A stretch of DNA of 64,000 nucleotides, taken from NCBI RefSeq assembly GCF_011045215.1, contig NZ_CP049201.1; one strand, given 5' to 3'. The stretch comes from Escherichia coli. Lineage in GTDB: Bacteria; Pseudomonadota; Gammaproteobacteria; Enterobacterales; Enterobacteriaceae. The translations under genes and the position numbers were made by a program. Under the pieces are notes generated by a model. It saw only the letters and a program-made list of their open reading frames with translations. It was not told the DNA's origin and did no database searches. Within the stretch, counting starts at the first letter, position 1, and the number at the start of each line of letters is the position of its first letter. This document shows positions 1 through 12,059 of this stretch, piece by piece.

Positions 1-21
1 CAACCAAAAAAGAAGGTCGTT

Positions 22-2001
22 ATGAATCGTTTTATTATGGCCAACAGTCAGCAATGTCTGGGTTGTCATGCTTGTGAAATCGCTTGTGTCATGGCTCACA
101 ATGATGAGCAACATGTCCTGAGCCAACATCATTTTCATCCCCGAATTACGGTTATCAAACATCAGCAGCAACGTAGTGCAGTGACCTGTCACCATTGTGA
201 AGATGCGCCCTGCGCCCGTAGCTGCCCTAATGGCGCAATCAGCCACGTTGATGACAGCATTCAGGTCAATCAGCAAAAGTGTATTGGCTGTAAATCCTGC
301 GTGGTGGCCTGTCCGTTTGGTACGATGCAAATCGTCCTGACACCCGTCGCAGCGGGCAAAGTTAAAGCCACGGCGCATAAATGCGACCTTTGTGCAGGGC
401 GCGAAAACGGTCCTGCCTGTGTCGAGAATTGCCCGGCGGACGCGCTGCAACTGGTCACTGATGCCGCACTCTCCGGCATGGCGAAATCCCGCCGCTTGCG
501 CACCGCACGTCAGGAACATCAACCGTGGCATGCCAGTACCGCTGCACAAGAAATGCCGGTAATGAGTAAAGTCGAACAAATGCAGGCAACGCCCGCGCGT
601 GGCGAGCCGGATAAACTGGCGATTGAAGTGCGCAAAACCGGTTTTGATGAAATTTATCTGCCATTCCGTGCCGATCAGGCACAACGGGAAGCCTCGCGCT
701 GCCTTAAATGCGGCGAGCACAGCGTTTGTGAATGGACCTGCCCGCTGCATAACCATATACCGCAGTGGATTGAACTGGTGAAAGCCGGAAACATCGACGC
801 CGCCGTCGAGCTTTCTCACCTGACCAACACCCTGCCGGAAATTACCGGACGCGTTTGTCCGCAAGACCGTTTGTGTGAAGGTGCCTGTACTATTCGCGAT
901 GAGCACGGTGCGGTAACTATCGGCAACATTGAACGCTACATTTCAGATCAGGCGTTGGCGAAAGGTTGGCGTCCTGACTTAAGCCATGTCACCAAAGTGG
1001 ACAAGCGGGTGGCGATTATCGGTGCTGGTCCGGCAGGGCTGGCCTGTGCGGATGTTCTGACCCGCAATGGCATGGCGGTGACGGTGTACGATCGCCATCC
1101 AGAAATCGGTGGCTTGCTCACTTTCGGCATTCCTTCTTTCAAACTGGATAAATCCCTGCTGGCACGCCGTCGGGAAATCTTCAGCGCGATGGGGATTCAC
1201 TTCGAACTCAATTGTGAAGTGGGTAAAGATGTCTCTTTGGATTCGCTTTTGGAACAATACGACGCGGTCTTCGTTGGCGTAGGCACTTACCGTTCCATGA
1301 AAGCGGGTTTACCCAATGAAGATGCGCCGGGCGTTTATGACGCGCTGCCGTTCCTCATCGCCAACACTAAACAGGTGATGGGGCTCGAAGAGCTACCGGA
1401 AGAGCCGTTTATCAATACCGCCGGACTTAACGTCGTGGTACTGGGCGGCGGCGACACCGCGATGGACTGTGTGCGTACTGCGCTGCGCCACGGCGCGAGT
1501 AACGTCACCTGCGCTTATCGTCGTGATGAAGCTAACATGCCAGGCTCGAAGAAAGAGGTGAAGAACGCCCGCGAAGAGGGGGCCAACTTCGAATTTAACG
1601 TCCAGCCGGTGGCGCTTGAGCTGAATGAACAAGGTCACGTTTGCGGGATTCGTTTCCTGCGTACGCGTCTTGGCGAGCCGGATGCCCAGGGGCGTCGGCG
1701 TCCAGTACCGGTGGAAGGCAGTGAATTTGTCATGCCAGCCGACGCGGTGATTATGGCGTTTGGCTTCAATCCGCACGGGATGCCGTGGCTGGAGTCGCAC
1801 GGTGTAACGGTAGACAAATGGGGCCGCATCATCGCGGATGTGGAAAGCCAGTACCGTTACCAGACCACCAATCCGAAAATCTTCGCCGGTGGCGACGCCG
1901 TGCGTGGTGCGGATCTGGTGGTTACCGCAATGGCAGAAGGACGTCATGCGGCACAGGGGATTATTGACTGGCTGGGGGTAAAATCAGTCAAATCTCACTG
2001 A
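22..2001 (+). CDS. aegA: Putative Fe-S oxidoreductase AegA (ferredoxin-like N-terminus fused to GltD-like NAD(P)H-binding domain)
   Basis: 659-aa ORF; repeated Cys-rich 4Fe-4S motifs (CxxCxxCxxxCP) followed by GAGPAG dinucleotide-binding motif; position upstream of nudK matches E. coli. Confidence 0.8.
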   Translation: MNRFIMANSQQCLGCHACEIACVMAHNDEQHVLSQHHFHPRITVIKHQQQRSAVTCHHCEDAPCARSCPNGAISHVDDSIQVNQQKCIGCKSCVVACPFGTMQIVLTPVAAGKVKATAHKCDLCAGRENGPACVENCPADALQLVTDAALSGMAKSRRLRTARQEHQPWHASTAAQEMPVMSKVEQMQATPARGEPDKLAIEVRKTGFDEIYLPFRADQAQREASRCLKCGEHSVCEWTCPLHNHIPQWIELVKAGNIDAAVELSHLTNTLPEITGRVCPQDRLCEGACTIRDEHGAVTIGNIERYISDQALAKGWRPDLSHVTKVDKRVAIIGAGPAGLACADVLTRNGMAVTVYDRHPEIGGLLTFGIPSFKLDKSLLARRREIFSAMGIHFELNCEVGKDVSLDSLLEQYDAVFVGVGTYRSMKAGLPNEDAPGVYDALPFLIANTKQVMGLEELPEEPFINTAGLNVVVLGGGDTAMDCVRTALRHGASNVTCAYRRDEANMPGSKKEVKNAREEGANFEFNVQPVALELNEQGHVCGIRFLRTRLGEPDAQGRRRPVPVEGSEFVMPADAVIMAFGFNPHGMPWLESHGVTVDKWGRIIADVESQYRYQTTNPKIFAGGDAVRGADLVVTAMAEGRHAAQGIIDWLGVKSVKSH

Positions 2002-2068
2002 TAGCCTGCGCAGACAAACCCGACTTCACAGCGTAAGATAATTGTTCATTTCGCGCTGTGGAGTCGGT

Positions 2069-2644
2069 ATGACGCAACAAATCACCCTCATTAAAGACAA
2101 AATTCTCTCCGATAACTATTTCACCCTGCACAACATTACTTACGATCTCACGCGCAAAGATGGCGAAGTTATCCGCCATAAACGTGAAGTTTACGATCGC
2201 GGTAATGGTGCGACGATCCTCCTGTACAACGCGAAGAAAAAGACCGTGGTTCTGATTCGTCAGTTCCGTGTCGCTACCTGGGTTAATGGCAATGAAAGCG
2301 GGCAGCTGATTGAAACCTGCGCCGGGCTGCTGGATAACGACGAACCGGAAGTGTGTATTCGCAAAGAAGCGATTGAAGAGACGGGCTATGAAGTGGGCGA
2401 AGTGCGCAAATTATTTGAACTGTATATGTCGCCAGGCGGTGTGACTGAGCTAATCCACTTTTTTATCGCCGAATACAGTGACAATCAGCGCGCTAACGCC
2501 GGTGGCGGTGTCGAAGATGAAGATATTGAAGTGCTCGAGCTGCCGTTCAGCCAGGCGCTGGAGATGATCAAAACCGGCGAGATACGTGACGGTAAGACGG
2601 TGTTATTGCTTAACTATTTGCAAACGTCACATTTAATGGACTGA
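2069..2644 (+). CDS. nudK: GDP-mannose pyrophosphatase (Nudix hydrolase)
   Basis: 191-aa product from internal ATG at 2069 (track ORF starts 2042); Nudix box region [11 protein letters not shown]; synteny aegA-nudK-ypfG. Confidence 0.85.
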   Translation: MTQQITLIKDKILSDNYFTLHNITYDLTRKDGEVIRHKREVYDRGNGATILLYNAKKKTVVLIRQFRVATWVNGNESGQLIETCAGLLDNDEPEVCIRKEAIEETGYEVGEVRKLFELYMSPGGVTELIHFFIAEYSDNQRANAGGGVEDEDIEVLELPFSQALEMIKTGEIRDGKTVLLLNYLQTSHLMD

Positions 2645-2769
2645 AAAATAACAATAATATTTCGTTGTTTATTGTTGGCTCAATCCGACAAATCCGATTG
2701 AGCCGCGCTACCTGCGCAACGAAGATACGACTTGTGCTGTTTGTTTGAACTTCTGGGGTCGTACCGTCC

Positions 2770-3813
2770 ATGCGCTATCGCATTTTCCTTCTCTTTTTTT
2801 TCGCTTTGTTGCCGACGTCTTTGGTGTGGGCGGCACCAGCGCAACGGGCGTTTTCCGACTGGCAGGTCACCTGTAATAACCAAAACTTCTGCGTGGCGCG
2901 TAATACGGGCGATCATAATGGACTGGTGATGACCCTGAGCCGCAGCGCCGGGGCGCATACCGATGCCGTTTTACGTATTGAGCGCGGCGGGTTGAAGTCG
3001 CCGGATGCGTCTGAAGGGGAGATAGCGCCACGGCTGCTGTTAGATGGTGAGCCGTTGGCGTTAAGTGGTGACAAGTGGCGGATTTCACCATGGTTATTAG
3101 TAACCGATGATACGGCAACCATCACCGAGTTTTTGCAGATGATTCAGGAAGGGAAGGCGATCACCTTACGCGACGGCAATCAGACCATTTCTCTGAGTGG
3201 CTTAAAAGCGGCGTTGTTGTTTATTGATGCTCAGCAAAAGCGCGTTGGCAGTGAAACCGCCTGGATAAAGAAAGGGGACGAACCGCCGCTCAGCGTACCG
3301 CCAGCGCCTGCGTTGAAAGAGGTCGCGGTGGTTAACCCAACGCCGACGCCACTCTCACTCGAAGAACGTAACGATTTGCTGGATTATGGAAACTGGCGGA
3401 TGAATGGTCTGCGCTGCTCGCTTGATCCGTTACGTCGTGAGGTGAATGTCACTGCGCTGACTGATGATAAAGCGCTGATGATGATTAGCTGTGAGGCAGG
3501 GGCCTATAACACCATTGATTTGGCATGGATTGTGTCGCGTAAAAAGCCACTAGCCTCGCGCCCGGTTCGGTTGCGTTTGCCGTTCAACAACGGTCAGGAG
3601 ACGAATGAACTGGAACTGATGAACGCAACATTTGATGAGAAATCGCGTGAACTGGTGACCTTAGCGAAAGGGCGCGGATTAAGCGATTGTGGCATTCAGG
3701 CGCGCTGGCGCTTTGACGGTCAGCGTTTTCGCCTAGTGCGTTACGCCGCAGAACCGACCTGCGATAACTGGCATGGGCCAGATGCCTGGCCCACGTTGTG
3801 GATCACCCGTTAA
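2770..3813 (+). CDS. ypfG: Periplasmic protein YpfG (signal peptide, DUF-type)
   Basis: 347-aa ORF with N-terminal hydrophobic signal sequence; synteny between nudK and tktB. Confidence 0.7.
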   Translation: MRYRIFLLFFFALLPTSLVWAAPAQRAFSDWQVTCNNQNFCVARNTGDHNGLVMTLSRSAGAHTDAVLRIERGGLKSPDASEGEIAPRLLLDGEPLALSGDKWRISPWLLVTDDTATITEFLQMIQEGKAITLRDGNQTISLSGLKAALLFIDAQQKRVGSETAWIKKGDEPPLSVPPAPALKEVAVVNPTPTPLSLEERNDLLDYGNWRMNGLRCSLDPLRREVNVTALTDDKALMMISCEAGAYNTIDLAWIVSRKKPLASRPVRLRLPFNNGQETNELELMNATFDEKSRELVTLAKGRGLSDCGIQARWRFDGQRFRLVRYAAEPTCDNWHGPDAWPTLWITR

Positions 3814-3825
3814 ACAAAATAGCGG

Positions 3826-3905
3826 GACATGTAGGCCGGATAAGACGCTGTAGGCCGGATAAGACGCGTCAGCGTCGCATCCGGCAATCAGCGTCCGGCA
3901 ATCAG
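3826..3905. repeat. REP (repetitive extragenic palindromic) elements, at least two copies
   Basis: Repeated gtaggccggataagacgc units and gcatccggcaatcag units between convergent ypfG and tktB. Confidence 0.6.
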
Positions 3906-3921
3906 CATCTGCCGGTCAGTA

Positions 3922-5925
3922 TCAGGCATCTTTCACTCCCAGCACCTTATGCGCTTTTGCCACAATATTCTCGGCGGTAAAGCCAAAGAACGGGAACAGC
4001 TTATCCGCCGGAGCAGATTCCCCGTAACCCGTCATCCCGACAATTGCCCCTTTCAGACCAACATACTTGTACCAGTAATCGGCAATACCTGCTTCCACCG
4101 CCACGCGAGCCGCAACGTTAGAAGGCAACACCGACTCCCGATATTCCTCATCCTGGGCGTCGAAAATATCGGTCGAGGGCAGGGAAACTACGCGAACATT
4201 GCGACCTTCTCCCGCTAATTTCTCTGCCGCTTGCAGGGTGATTTCCATCTCTGAACCGGTGGCAATCAAAATAATATCTGGCTTACCGCCGCTGTCTTTC
4301 AGCACATAACCGCCACGAGCAATCTCTTTAACCTGATCCGGCGTACGTTCCACCTGGGCCAGATTCTGCCTGGAGAGAATCAGTGCCGTCGGTCCGTTGT
4401 GGCGCTCAACCGCCAGCTTCCAGCCCACCGCCGCTTCCACCTGATCGCACGGTCGCCAGGTGCTGAAATTTGGCGTTAAGCGCAGGCTGGCCAGTTGCTC
4501 AACAGCCTGGTGCGTCGGACCATCTTCGCCCAGGCCAATTGAGTCGTGGGTATAAACCATAATCTGCCGCGCTTTCATCAGTGCCGCCATCCGCGCGGCG
4601 TTACGGGCGTATTCAACAAACATCAGGAACGTCGCGGTATACGGCACAAAGCCACCGTGGTGCGCAATGCCATTGGCGATAGCGGTCATGCCAAATTCAC
4701 GCACCCCGTAGTGAATGTAGTTGCCCGCCGGATCTTCCTTCAGCGAAACAGAACCTTTCCAGATGGTCAGGTTGCTGGGAGCCAGATCCGCCGAACCGCC
4801 GAGCAGCTCCGGTAGTATCGGCCCGTAAGCGTTAAGCGTATTTTGCGAAGCCTTACGGGTAGCGATTTTCGCCGGATTCGCCTGCAACTCATTGATATAT
4901 TTCTGAGTCGTTTTCTCCCAGTCCTTCGGTAAACCACCGCTCATCCGACGGGTAAACTCTTCTGCCAGTTGCGGATGAGCCTTTTTATAGGCGGCAAACT
5001 TCTCATTCCAGCTCTGCTGCGCTTTTTCGCCTTTTTCGCGGGCATCCCAGGCGTGATAAATCTCTTTAGGGATCTCAAATGGCGGATGGTGCCAGCCCAG
5101 TTTTTGCCGTGCCAGCGCCACTTCTTCTTCCCCCAGCGGTGCGCCGTGCGCCTCTTCCTTACCTGCTTTATTCGGCGAACCAAAACCAATCACCGTACGG
5201 CAGATAATCAGCGACGGCTTATCTTTCACGCTTTGCGCTTCAAGGATCGCTTCCTTCACCGCCTGCGGATCGTGACCGTCGATTTCATGGATCACATGCC
5301 AGTGATAGGCTTCAAAACGTTTTGCCGTATCGTCGGTAAACCAGCCTTCGGTTTCTCCATCAATCGAAATACCGTTGTGATCGTAAAAACCAATCAGCTT
5401 GCCCAGTCCCAGCGTGCCCGCCAGCGAACAGACTTCGTGGGAAATACCTTCCATCAGGCAGCCGTCGCCCATAAACACATAGGTGAAGTGATCGACGATC
5501 TCATGGTCTGGCTGGTTAAACTGTGCAGCCAGCGTACGTTCCGCTATCGCCAGCCCGACGGCGTTCGCCAAACCTTGTCCAAGAGGACCGGTGGTGGTTT
5601 CAACTCCGGGCGTATAGCCGATTTCCGGGTGGCCAGGGGTTTTCGAATGCAGTTGACGAAAGTTCTTCAGCTCTTCCAGCGGCAGGTCGTAACCGGTCAG
5701 ATGCAGCAAACTGTAGAGCAGCATCGATGCGTGACCGTTGGAAAGAATAAAGCGGTCGCGATCATACCAGGTTGGGTCGGTAGGGTTATGTTTAAGAAAA
5801 TCGTTCCACAGCACTTCAGCAATATCAGCCATGCCCATCGGCGCGCCGGGATGACCAGAATTGGCTTTTTGTACCGCATCCATACTGAGTGCGCGAATCG
5901 CATTGGCAAGGTCTTTTCGGGACAT
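3922..5925 (-). CDS. tktB: Transketolase 2
   Basis: 667-aa product from ATG at 5925 ([14 protein letters not shown]...); TPP-binding transketolase motifs; co-located with talA as in the E. coli talA-tktB operon. Confidence 0.9.
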   Translation of the reverse strand: MSRKDLANAIRALSMDAVQKANSGHPGAPMGMADIAEVLWNDFLKHNPTDPTWYDRDRFILSNGHASMLLYSLLHLTGYDLPLEELKNFRQLHSKTPGHPEIGYTPGVETTTGPLGQGLANAVGLAIAERTLAAQFNQPDHEIVDHFTYVFMGDGCLMEGISHEVCSLAGTLGLGKLIGFYDHNGISIDGETEGWFTDDTAKRFEAYHWHVIHEIDGHDPQAVKEAILEAQSVKDKPSLIICRTVIGFGSPNKAGKEEAHGAPLGEEEVALARQKLGWHHPPFEIPKEIYHAWDAREKGEKAQQSWNEKFAAYKKAHPQLAEEFTRRMSGGLPKDWEKTTQKYINELQANPAKIATRKASQNTLNAYGPILPELLGGSADLAPSNLTIWKGSVSLKEDPAGNYIHYGVREFGMTAIANGIAHHGGFVPYTATFLMFVEYARNAARMAALMKARQIMVYTHDSIGLGEDGPTHQAVEQLASLRLTPNFSTWRPCDQVEAAVGWKLAVERHNGPTALILSRQNLAQVERTPDQVKEIARGGYVLKDSGGKPDIILIATGSEMEITLQAAEKLAGEGRNVRVVSLPSTDIFDAQDEEYRESVLPSNVAARVAVEAGIADYWYKYVGLKGAIVGMTGYGESAPADKLFPFFGFTAENIVAKAHKVLGVKDA

Positions 5926-5944
5926 ATAACACTCCGTGGCTGGT

Positions 5945-6895
5945 TTATAGTTTGGCGGCAAGAAGATCTTCCAGTTTGCGTTGATCAACGGCGAACAGAC
6001 GAATGCCTTCAGACAGTTTTTCTACCGCCATCGCATCCTGATTGTGCTCCCAACGGAACTCCGCTTCGCTCATGGGAGCTGGGCGTGGGAACGTCTGAGA
6101 AGGTGGGATTAATTTACGTACCACTGGCGAAACTTTTTCCTGCAGCTCCTTCAGCAAATTCGGTGCGATAGTCAGTCGATCGCAGCCGGTTAAGGCGAGG
6201 ATTTGTTCGGTGCGACGGAAGCTCGCGCCCATCACAATGGTTTCATAGTGGTGTTGCTTATAGTAGTCGTAGATATTGCGCACCGATTTAACGCCCGGAT
6301 CTTCTTCCACCACATATGGGTCCATCGGCTTGCGTGCCTGATACCAGTCATAAATACGCCCGACAAACGGCGAAATCAGAAAAACGCCCGCTTCTGCACA
6401 GGCCCGCGCCTGTGCAAAAGAAAACAGCAGCGTCAGGTTGCAGTTAATACCTTCTTTTTCCAGCTCTTCTGCCGCGCGAATTCCTTCCCAGGTCGAAGCC
6501 AGTTTGATCAGAATGCGTGATTTCTCAACGCCTTGTTGCTGATACAAGTCCACCAGATGGCGCGCCTTCTCAATACTCTTTTCTTTATCAAAAGAGAGGC
6601 GTGCATCAACTTCTGTTGACACGCGACCGGGTACGATTTTGAGAATTTCAGCACCGAAATTGACCGCCAGTTTGTCACACGCTGCGACCACCTGTTGTTC
6701 CTGGGTCTTGCCATTTTTTTTACCCCAGGCGATAGCATCGTCTATTAAATGCTCATATTGTGATAATCCGGCAGCCTTGAGTAACAGCGAAGGATTGGTG
6801 GTGGCATCCTGGGGATGATAATGGCGAATGGACTCAATATCGCCGCTGTCTGCCACGACAGTGGTGAACTGTTTGATGCCGTCTAACTCGTTCAT
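5945..6895 (-). CDS. talA: Transaldolase A
   Basis: 316-aa ORF immediately upstream of tktB on the same strand; transaldolase family sequence. Confidence 0.9.
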   Translation of the reverse strand: MNELDGIKQFTTVVADSGDIESIRHYHPQDATTNPSLLLKAAGLSQYEHLIDDAIAWGKKNGKTQEQQVVAACDKLAVNFGAEILKIVPGRVSTEVDARLSFDKEKSIEKARHLVDLYQQQGVEKSRILIKLASTWEGIRAAEELEKEGINCNLTLLFSFAQARACAEAGVFLISPFVGRIYDWYQARKPMDPYVVEEDPGVKSVRNIYDYYKQHHYETIVMGASFRRTEQILALTGCDRLTIAPNLLKELQEKVSPVVRKLIPPSQTFPRPAPMSEAEFRWEHNQDAMAVEKLSEGIRLFAVDQRKLEDLLAAKL

Positions 6896-7183
6896 AGGAA
6901 ATACTCCTTGAAAAGTAAAGTGTTAGATGAGTGCGTTAATTCACACTTCTGAGAAATTTCGCTAAACGCATCAAAAAAGCATAGCAGACAGGCATGGTAT
7001 TGCTGGATTAAGCAGGTAACATCAGTGTTATAGGATTATTACCAAAACATTATATTAATGGTGAGAGTTTGGACTTGCTCAAAGTCTGTAGACTCCGGCA
7101 AGGTAATAATGTGCGCCACGTTGTGGGCAGGGGCTGTTGCCCACACACTTTATTTGTGAACGTTACGTGAAAGGAACAACCAA

Positions 7184-9463
7184 ATGGATGACCAGTTAAA
7201 ACAAAGTGCACTTGATTTCCATGAATTTCCAGTTCCAGGGAAAATCCAGGTTTCTCCAACCAAGCCTCTGGCAACGCAGCGCGATCTGGCGCTGGCCTAC
7301 TCACCAGGCGTTGCCGCACCTTGTCTTGAAATCGAAAAAGACCCGTTAAAAGCCTACAAATATACCGCGCGCGGTAACCTGGTGGCGGTGATCTCTAACG
7401 GTACGGCGGTGCTGGGGTTAGGCAACATTGGCGCGCTGGCAGGCAAACCGGTGATGGAAGGCAAGGGCGTTCTGTTTAAGAAATTCGCCGGGATTGATGT
7501 ATTTGACATTGAAGTTGATGAACTCGACCCGGACAAATTTATTGAAGTCGTCGCTGCGCTCGAACCGACCTTCGGCGGAATCAACCTCGAAGACATTAAA
7601 GCGCCAGAATGTTTCTATATTGAACAGAAACTGCGCGAGCGGATGAATATTCCGGTATTCCACGACGATCAGCACGGCACGGCAATTATCAGCACTGCCG
7701 CCATCCTCAACGGCTTGCGCGTGGTGGAGAAAAACATCTCTGACGTGCGGATGGTGGTTTCCGGCGCGGGCGCCGCAGCAATCGCCTGTATGAACCTGCT
7801 GGTAGCGCTGGGTCTGCAAAAACATAACATCGTGGTTTGCGATTCAAAAGGCGTTATCTATCAGGGCCGTGAGCCAAACATGGCGGAAACCAAAGCCGCA
7901 TATGCGGTGGTGGATGACGGCAAACGTACCCTCGATGATGTAATTGAAGGCGCGGATATTTTCCTCGGCTGTTCCGGCCCGAAAGTGCTGACCCAGGAAA
8001 TGGTGAAGAAAATGGCTCGGGCACCAATGATCCTGGCGCTGGCGAACCCGGAACCGGAAATTCTGCCGCCGCTGGCGAAAGAAGTGCGTCCGGATGCCAT
8101 CATCTGTACCGGCCGTTCCGACTACCCGAACCAGGTGAACAACGTCCTTTGCTTCCCGTTCATCTTCCGTGGCGCGCTGGACGTTGGCGCAACCGCCATC
8201 AACGAAGAGATGAAACTGGCGGCGGTACGCGCGATTGCAGAACTGGCCCATGCGGAACAGAGTGAAGTGGTGGCTTCAGCGTATGGCGATCAGGATCTGA
8301 GCTTTGGTCCGGAATACATCATTCCAAAACCGTTTGATCCGCGCTTGATCGTTAAGATCGCTCCTGCGGTCGCGAAAGCGGCGATGGAGTCGGGCGTGGC
8401 GACGCGTCCGATTGCTGATTTCGACGTATACATCGACAAGCTGACTGAGTTCGTTTACAAAACCAACCTGTTTATGAAGCCGATTTTCTCCCAGGCTCGC
8501 AAAGCGCCGAAGCGCGTAGTTCTGCCGGAAGGGGAAGAGGCGCGCGTTCTGCATGCCACTCAGGAACTGGTAACGCTGGGACTGGCGAAACCGATCCTTA
8601 TCGGTCGTCCGAACGTGATCGAAATGCGCATTCAGAAACTGGGCTTGCAGATCAAAGCGGGCGTTGATTTTGAGATCGTCAATAACGAATCCGATCCGCG
8701 CTTTAAAGAGTACTGGACCGAATACTTCCAGATCATGAAGCGTCGCGGCGTCACTCAGGAACAGGCGCAGCGGGCGTTGATCAGTAACCCGACAGTGATC
8801 GGCGCGATCATGGTTCAGCGTGGCGAAGCCGATGCAATGATTTGCGGTACGGTGGGTGATTATCATGAACATTTTAGCGTGGTGAAAAATGTCTTTGGTT
8901 ATCGCGATGGCGTTCACACCGCAGGTGCCATGAACGCGCTGCTGCTGCCGAGTGGTAACACCTTTATTGCCGATACATATGTTAATGATGAACCGGATGC
9001 AGAAGAGCTGGCGGAGATCACCTTGATGGCGGCAGAAACTGTCCGTCGTTTTGGTATTGAGCCGCGCGTTGCTTTGTTGTCGCACTCCAACTTTGGTTCT
9101 TCTGACTGCCCGTCGTCGAGCAAAATGCGTCAGGCGCTGGAACTGGTCAGGGAACGTGCACCAGAACTGATGATTGATGGTGAAATGCACGGCGATGCAG
9201 CGCTGGTGGAAGCGATTCGCAACGACCGTATGCCGGACAGCTCTTTGAAAGGTTCCGCCAATATTCTGGTGATGCCGAACATGGAAGCTGCCCGCATTAG
9301 TTACAACTTACTGCGTGTTTCCAGCTCGGAAGGTGTGACTGTCGGCCCGGTGCTGATGGGTGTGGCGAAACCGGTTCACGTGTTAACGCCGATCGCATCG
9401 GTGCGTCGTATCGTCAACATGGTGGCGCTGGCCGTGGTAGAAGCGCAAACCCAACCGCTGTAA
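7184..9463 (+). CDS. maeB: NADP-dependent malic enzyme (malic enzyme domain fused to PTA-like domain)
   Basis: 759-aa ORF; N-terminal malic enzyme domain and C-terminal phosphotransacetylase-like domain; divergent from talA. Confidence 0.9.
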
Positions 9464-9755
9464 TTTTTTTTAACTCTCACGCTTACCCTGAATATTCAGG
9501 GTAAGCAGTTTAGCTGCAATATATTAGTAAAGCTTATTACTGAGTTTGCGAATAATAAAAAAAAGCAGTCTATATAATATCTCGATATTATTTTATTTAT
9601 ATTCATGCGTTGCATATGAAAGTTTATGCACCACAGCGAATATCTCTCCATTCTTAGTGATCTACCTCACCTTTTAAACGCGCTTGCCGAATTTTGTTAT
9701 TTACTCTGACGAAAAATTGTCACGATACACGCAAGTTTTTCACAGGCGGCGACTC
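9464..9755 (+). promoter_or_regulatory. AT-rich eut operon upstream control region (expected EutR-dependent promoter)
   Basis: 292-bp AT-rich non-coding stretch directly upstream of eutS; contains 26-bp perfect palindrome at 9481-9506; promoter assignment is from established knowledge of eut regulation, not a mapped site. Confidence 0.4.
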
Positions 9756-10091
9756 ATGGATAAAGAACGCATCATTCAGGAATTTGTGCCCGGCAAACAG
9801 GTCACGCTGGCGCATCTCATCGCGCATCCCGGCGAGGAACTGGCGAAGAAAATCGGCGTTCCGGATGCTGGCGCAATCGGCATTATGACGCTAACTCCTG
9901 GCGAAACGGCGATGATCGCCGGTGATTTAGCATTGAAAGCCGCCGATGTGCATATCGGTTTTCTCGACCGTTTTAGCGGCGCGCTGGTGATTTATGGCTC
10001 GGTGGGTGCAGTAGAAGAAGCGTTATCACAAACCGTCAGTGGTTTAGGTCGCTTATTAAATTATACGCTTTGTGAAATGACCAAAAGTTAA
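9756..10091 (+). CDS. eutS: Ethanolamine utilisation microcompartment shell protein EutS
   Basis: 111-aa product from internal ATG ([10 protein letters not shown]...); BMC-domain protein; first gene of eut cluster. Confidence 0.85.
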
Positions 10092-10103
10092 TACGAGGCA
10101 TTC

Positions 10104-10583
10104 ATGAAACGAATTGCGTTTGTGGGTACCGTCGGGGCAGGGAAAACAACGTTATTTAATGCGTTGCAGGGGAATTATACCCTCGCCAGAAAAACACAGG
10201 CCGTGGAATTTAATGATAAGGGCGATATTGATACGCCGGGTGAATATTTTAGCCATCCCCGCTGGTATCACGCCTTAATTACCACGCTACAGGATGTGGA
10301 CATGCTGATCTATGTCCACGGCGCGAATGACCCGGAAAGTCGGTTGCCTGCCGGGTTGCTGGATATTGGCGTCAGCAAACGGCAAATCGCCGTCATCAGT
10401 AAAACGGACATGCCAGATGCTGACGTCGCCGCAACGCGAAAGTTATTGCTTGAGACTGGCTTCGAAGAGCCGATTTTCGAGCTAAACAGCCACGACCCGC
10501 AAAGCGTGCAGCAACTGGTGGATTATCTGGCATCTCTCACCAAACAGGAGGAAGCAGGTGAAAAAACTCATCACAGCGAATGA
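10104..10583 (+). CDS. eutP: Ethanolamine utilisation GTPase/acetate kinase-like protein EutP
   Basis: 159-aa ORF with P-loop GTVGAGKTT; eut operon synteny. Confidence 0.85.
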   Translation: MKRIAFVGTVGAGKTTLFNALQGNYTLARKTQAVEFNDKGDIDTPGEYFSHPRWYHALITTLQDVDMLIYVHGANDPESRLPAGLLDIGVSKRQIAVISKTDMPDADVAATRKLLLETGFEEPIFELNSHDPQSVQQLVDYLASLTKQEEAGEKTHHSE

Positions 10584-11259
10584 TATTCGTGAAGCACACG
10601 CGCGCGGCGAACAGGCAATGTCCGTGGTTCTGCGCGCCAGCATTATTACCCCGGAAGCCCGTGAAGTGGCGGATCTACTGGGTTTTACCATCACCGAATG
10701 TGATGAATCGTCCCCGGTAACGGCGTCCGTTCCCGCCAGCGTGCCAGCCGATAAAACCGAAAGCCAGCGCATCCGCGAAACCATTATCGCCCAACTGCCG
10801 GAAGGCCAGTTTACCGAAAGCCTGGTCGCGCAGCTGATGGAAAAAGTGATGAGGGAAAAACAGTCGCTGGAGCAGGGTGCAATGCAGTCGAGCTTTAAAT
10901 CGGTGACCGGCAAAGGCGGCATCAAAGTGATTGATGGCAGCAGCGTCAAGTTTGGTCGTTTCGATGGCGCAGAGCCGCATTGCGTGGGCTTAACTGATCT
11001 TGTGACCGGAGACGACGGCAGCAGCATGGCCGCTGGTTTTATGCAGTGGGACAACGCATTCTTCCCGTGGACCCTGAACTACGACGAAATCGATATGGTG
11101 CTGGAAGGGGAGCTGCATGTTCGCCACGCAGGAGAAACCATGATCGCCAAAGCGGGCGATGTGATGTTTATCCCGAAAGGCTCCAGCATCGAATTTGGTA
11201 CGACATCCAGCGTGAAATTCCTGTATGTCGCCTGGCCGGCTAACTGGCAATCCCTATGA
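10558..11259 (+). CDS. eutQ: Ethanolamine utilisation protein EutQ (cupin-fold)
   Basis: 233-aa ORF overlapping eutP end; eut operon synteny. Confidence 0.85.
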   Translation: MKKLITANDIREAHARGEQAMSVVLRASIITPEAREVADLLGFTITECDESSPVTASVPASVPADKTESQRIRETIIAQLPEGQFTESLVAQLMEKVMREKQSLEQGAMQSSFKSVTGKGGIKVIDGSSVKFGRFDGAEPHCVGLTDLVTGDDGSSMAAGFMQWDNAFFPWTLNYDEIDMVLEGELHVRHAGETMIAKAGDVMFIPKGSSIEFGTTSSVKFLYVAWPANWQSL

Positions 11260-12059
11260 AAGATTTCATCACCGAAGCATGGCTAAGAGCGAACCATACG
11301 CTCAGCGAAGGCGCAGAGATCCATCTCCCTGCGGACAGTCGCCTGACGCCCTCTGCCCGGGAGTTACTGGAAAGCCGCCATCTGCGCATCAAGTTTATTG
11401 ACGAGCAGGGCCGCCTGTTTGTTGACGATGAGCAGCAGCAGCCACAGCCCGTTCACGGGCTGACCAGTAGCGATGAACATCCGCAGGCGTGCTGCGAACT
11501 GTGCCGCCAGCCGGTGGCAAAAAAGCCGGATACGCTGACTCATCTGTCGGCGGAAAAAATGGTTGCCAAAAGCGATCCGCGTCTGGGTTTTCGCGCGGTT
11601 CTCGACAGCACCATTGCGCTGGCTGTGTGGCTGCAAATTGAACTGGCGGAACCGTGGCAGCCGTGGCTGGCGGATATCCGTTCGCGTCTTGGCAACATTA
11701 TGCGTGCCGATGCGCTGGGGGAACCGCTGGGCGATCAAGCGATTGTCGGGCTTTCTGACGAAGATCTGCATCGGCTTTCTCACCAGCCGCTGCGCTATCT
11801 CGACCACGATCATCTGGTGCCGGAAGCCAGCCACGGGCGCGATGCTGCGTTGCTCAATCTGCTACGCACCAAAGTGCGGGAAACCGAAACCGTAGCGGCG
11901 CAGGTGTTTATCACCCGCAGCTTTGAAGTATTACGCCCGGACATCTTGCAGGCGCTGAACCGCCTTTCGAGCACGGTCTACGTGATGATGATCCTGAGCG
12001 TAACGAAGCAGCCGCTAACGGTGAAGCAGATCCAACAACGACTGGGGGAAACGCAATGA
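11256..12059 (+). CDS. eutT: Ethanolamine utilisation cobalamin adenosyltransferase EutT
   Basis: 267-aa ORF, 4-nt overlap with eutQ; eut operon synteny. Confidence 0.85.

Noticed and set aside
4969-6171. 400-aa plus-strand ORF antisense to tktB and talA
   Set aside because: Shadow ORF across two well-supported genes; Arg/Phe-rich low-complexity translation typical of antisense frames.
8276-9190. 304-aa minus-strand ORF inside maeB
   Set aside because: Antisense to the conserved maeB coding sequence; no independent support.
9684-9755. N-terminal extensions of track ORFs (eutS from 9684, also nudK 2042, tktB 5988, eutM 13069, eutG 16023, eutB 29782, ypeA 36263, yfeX 37940, yfeW 40315, murR 42466, ucpA 43641, cysM 48523, zipA 55941)
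   Set aside because: Track ORFs run from the first possible start after a stop; internal ATG/GTG codons with RBS and agreement with known protein N-termini were preferred.
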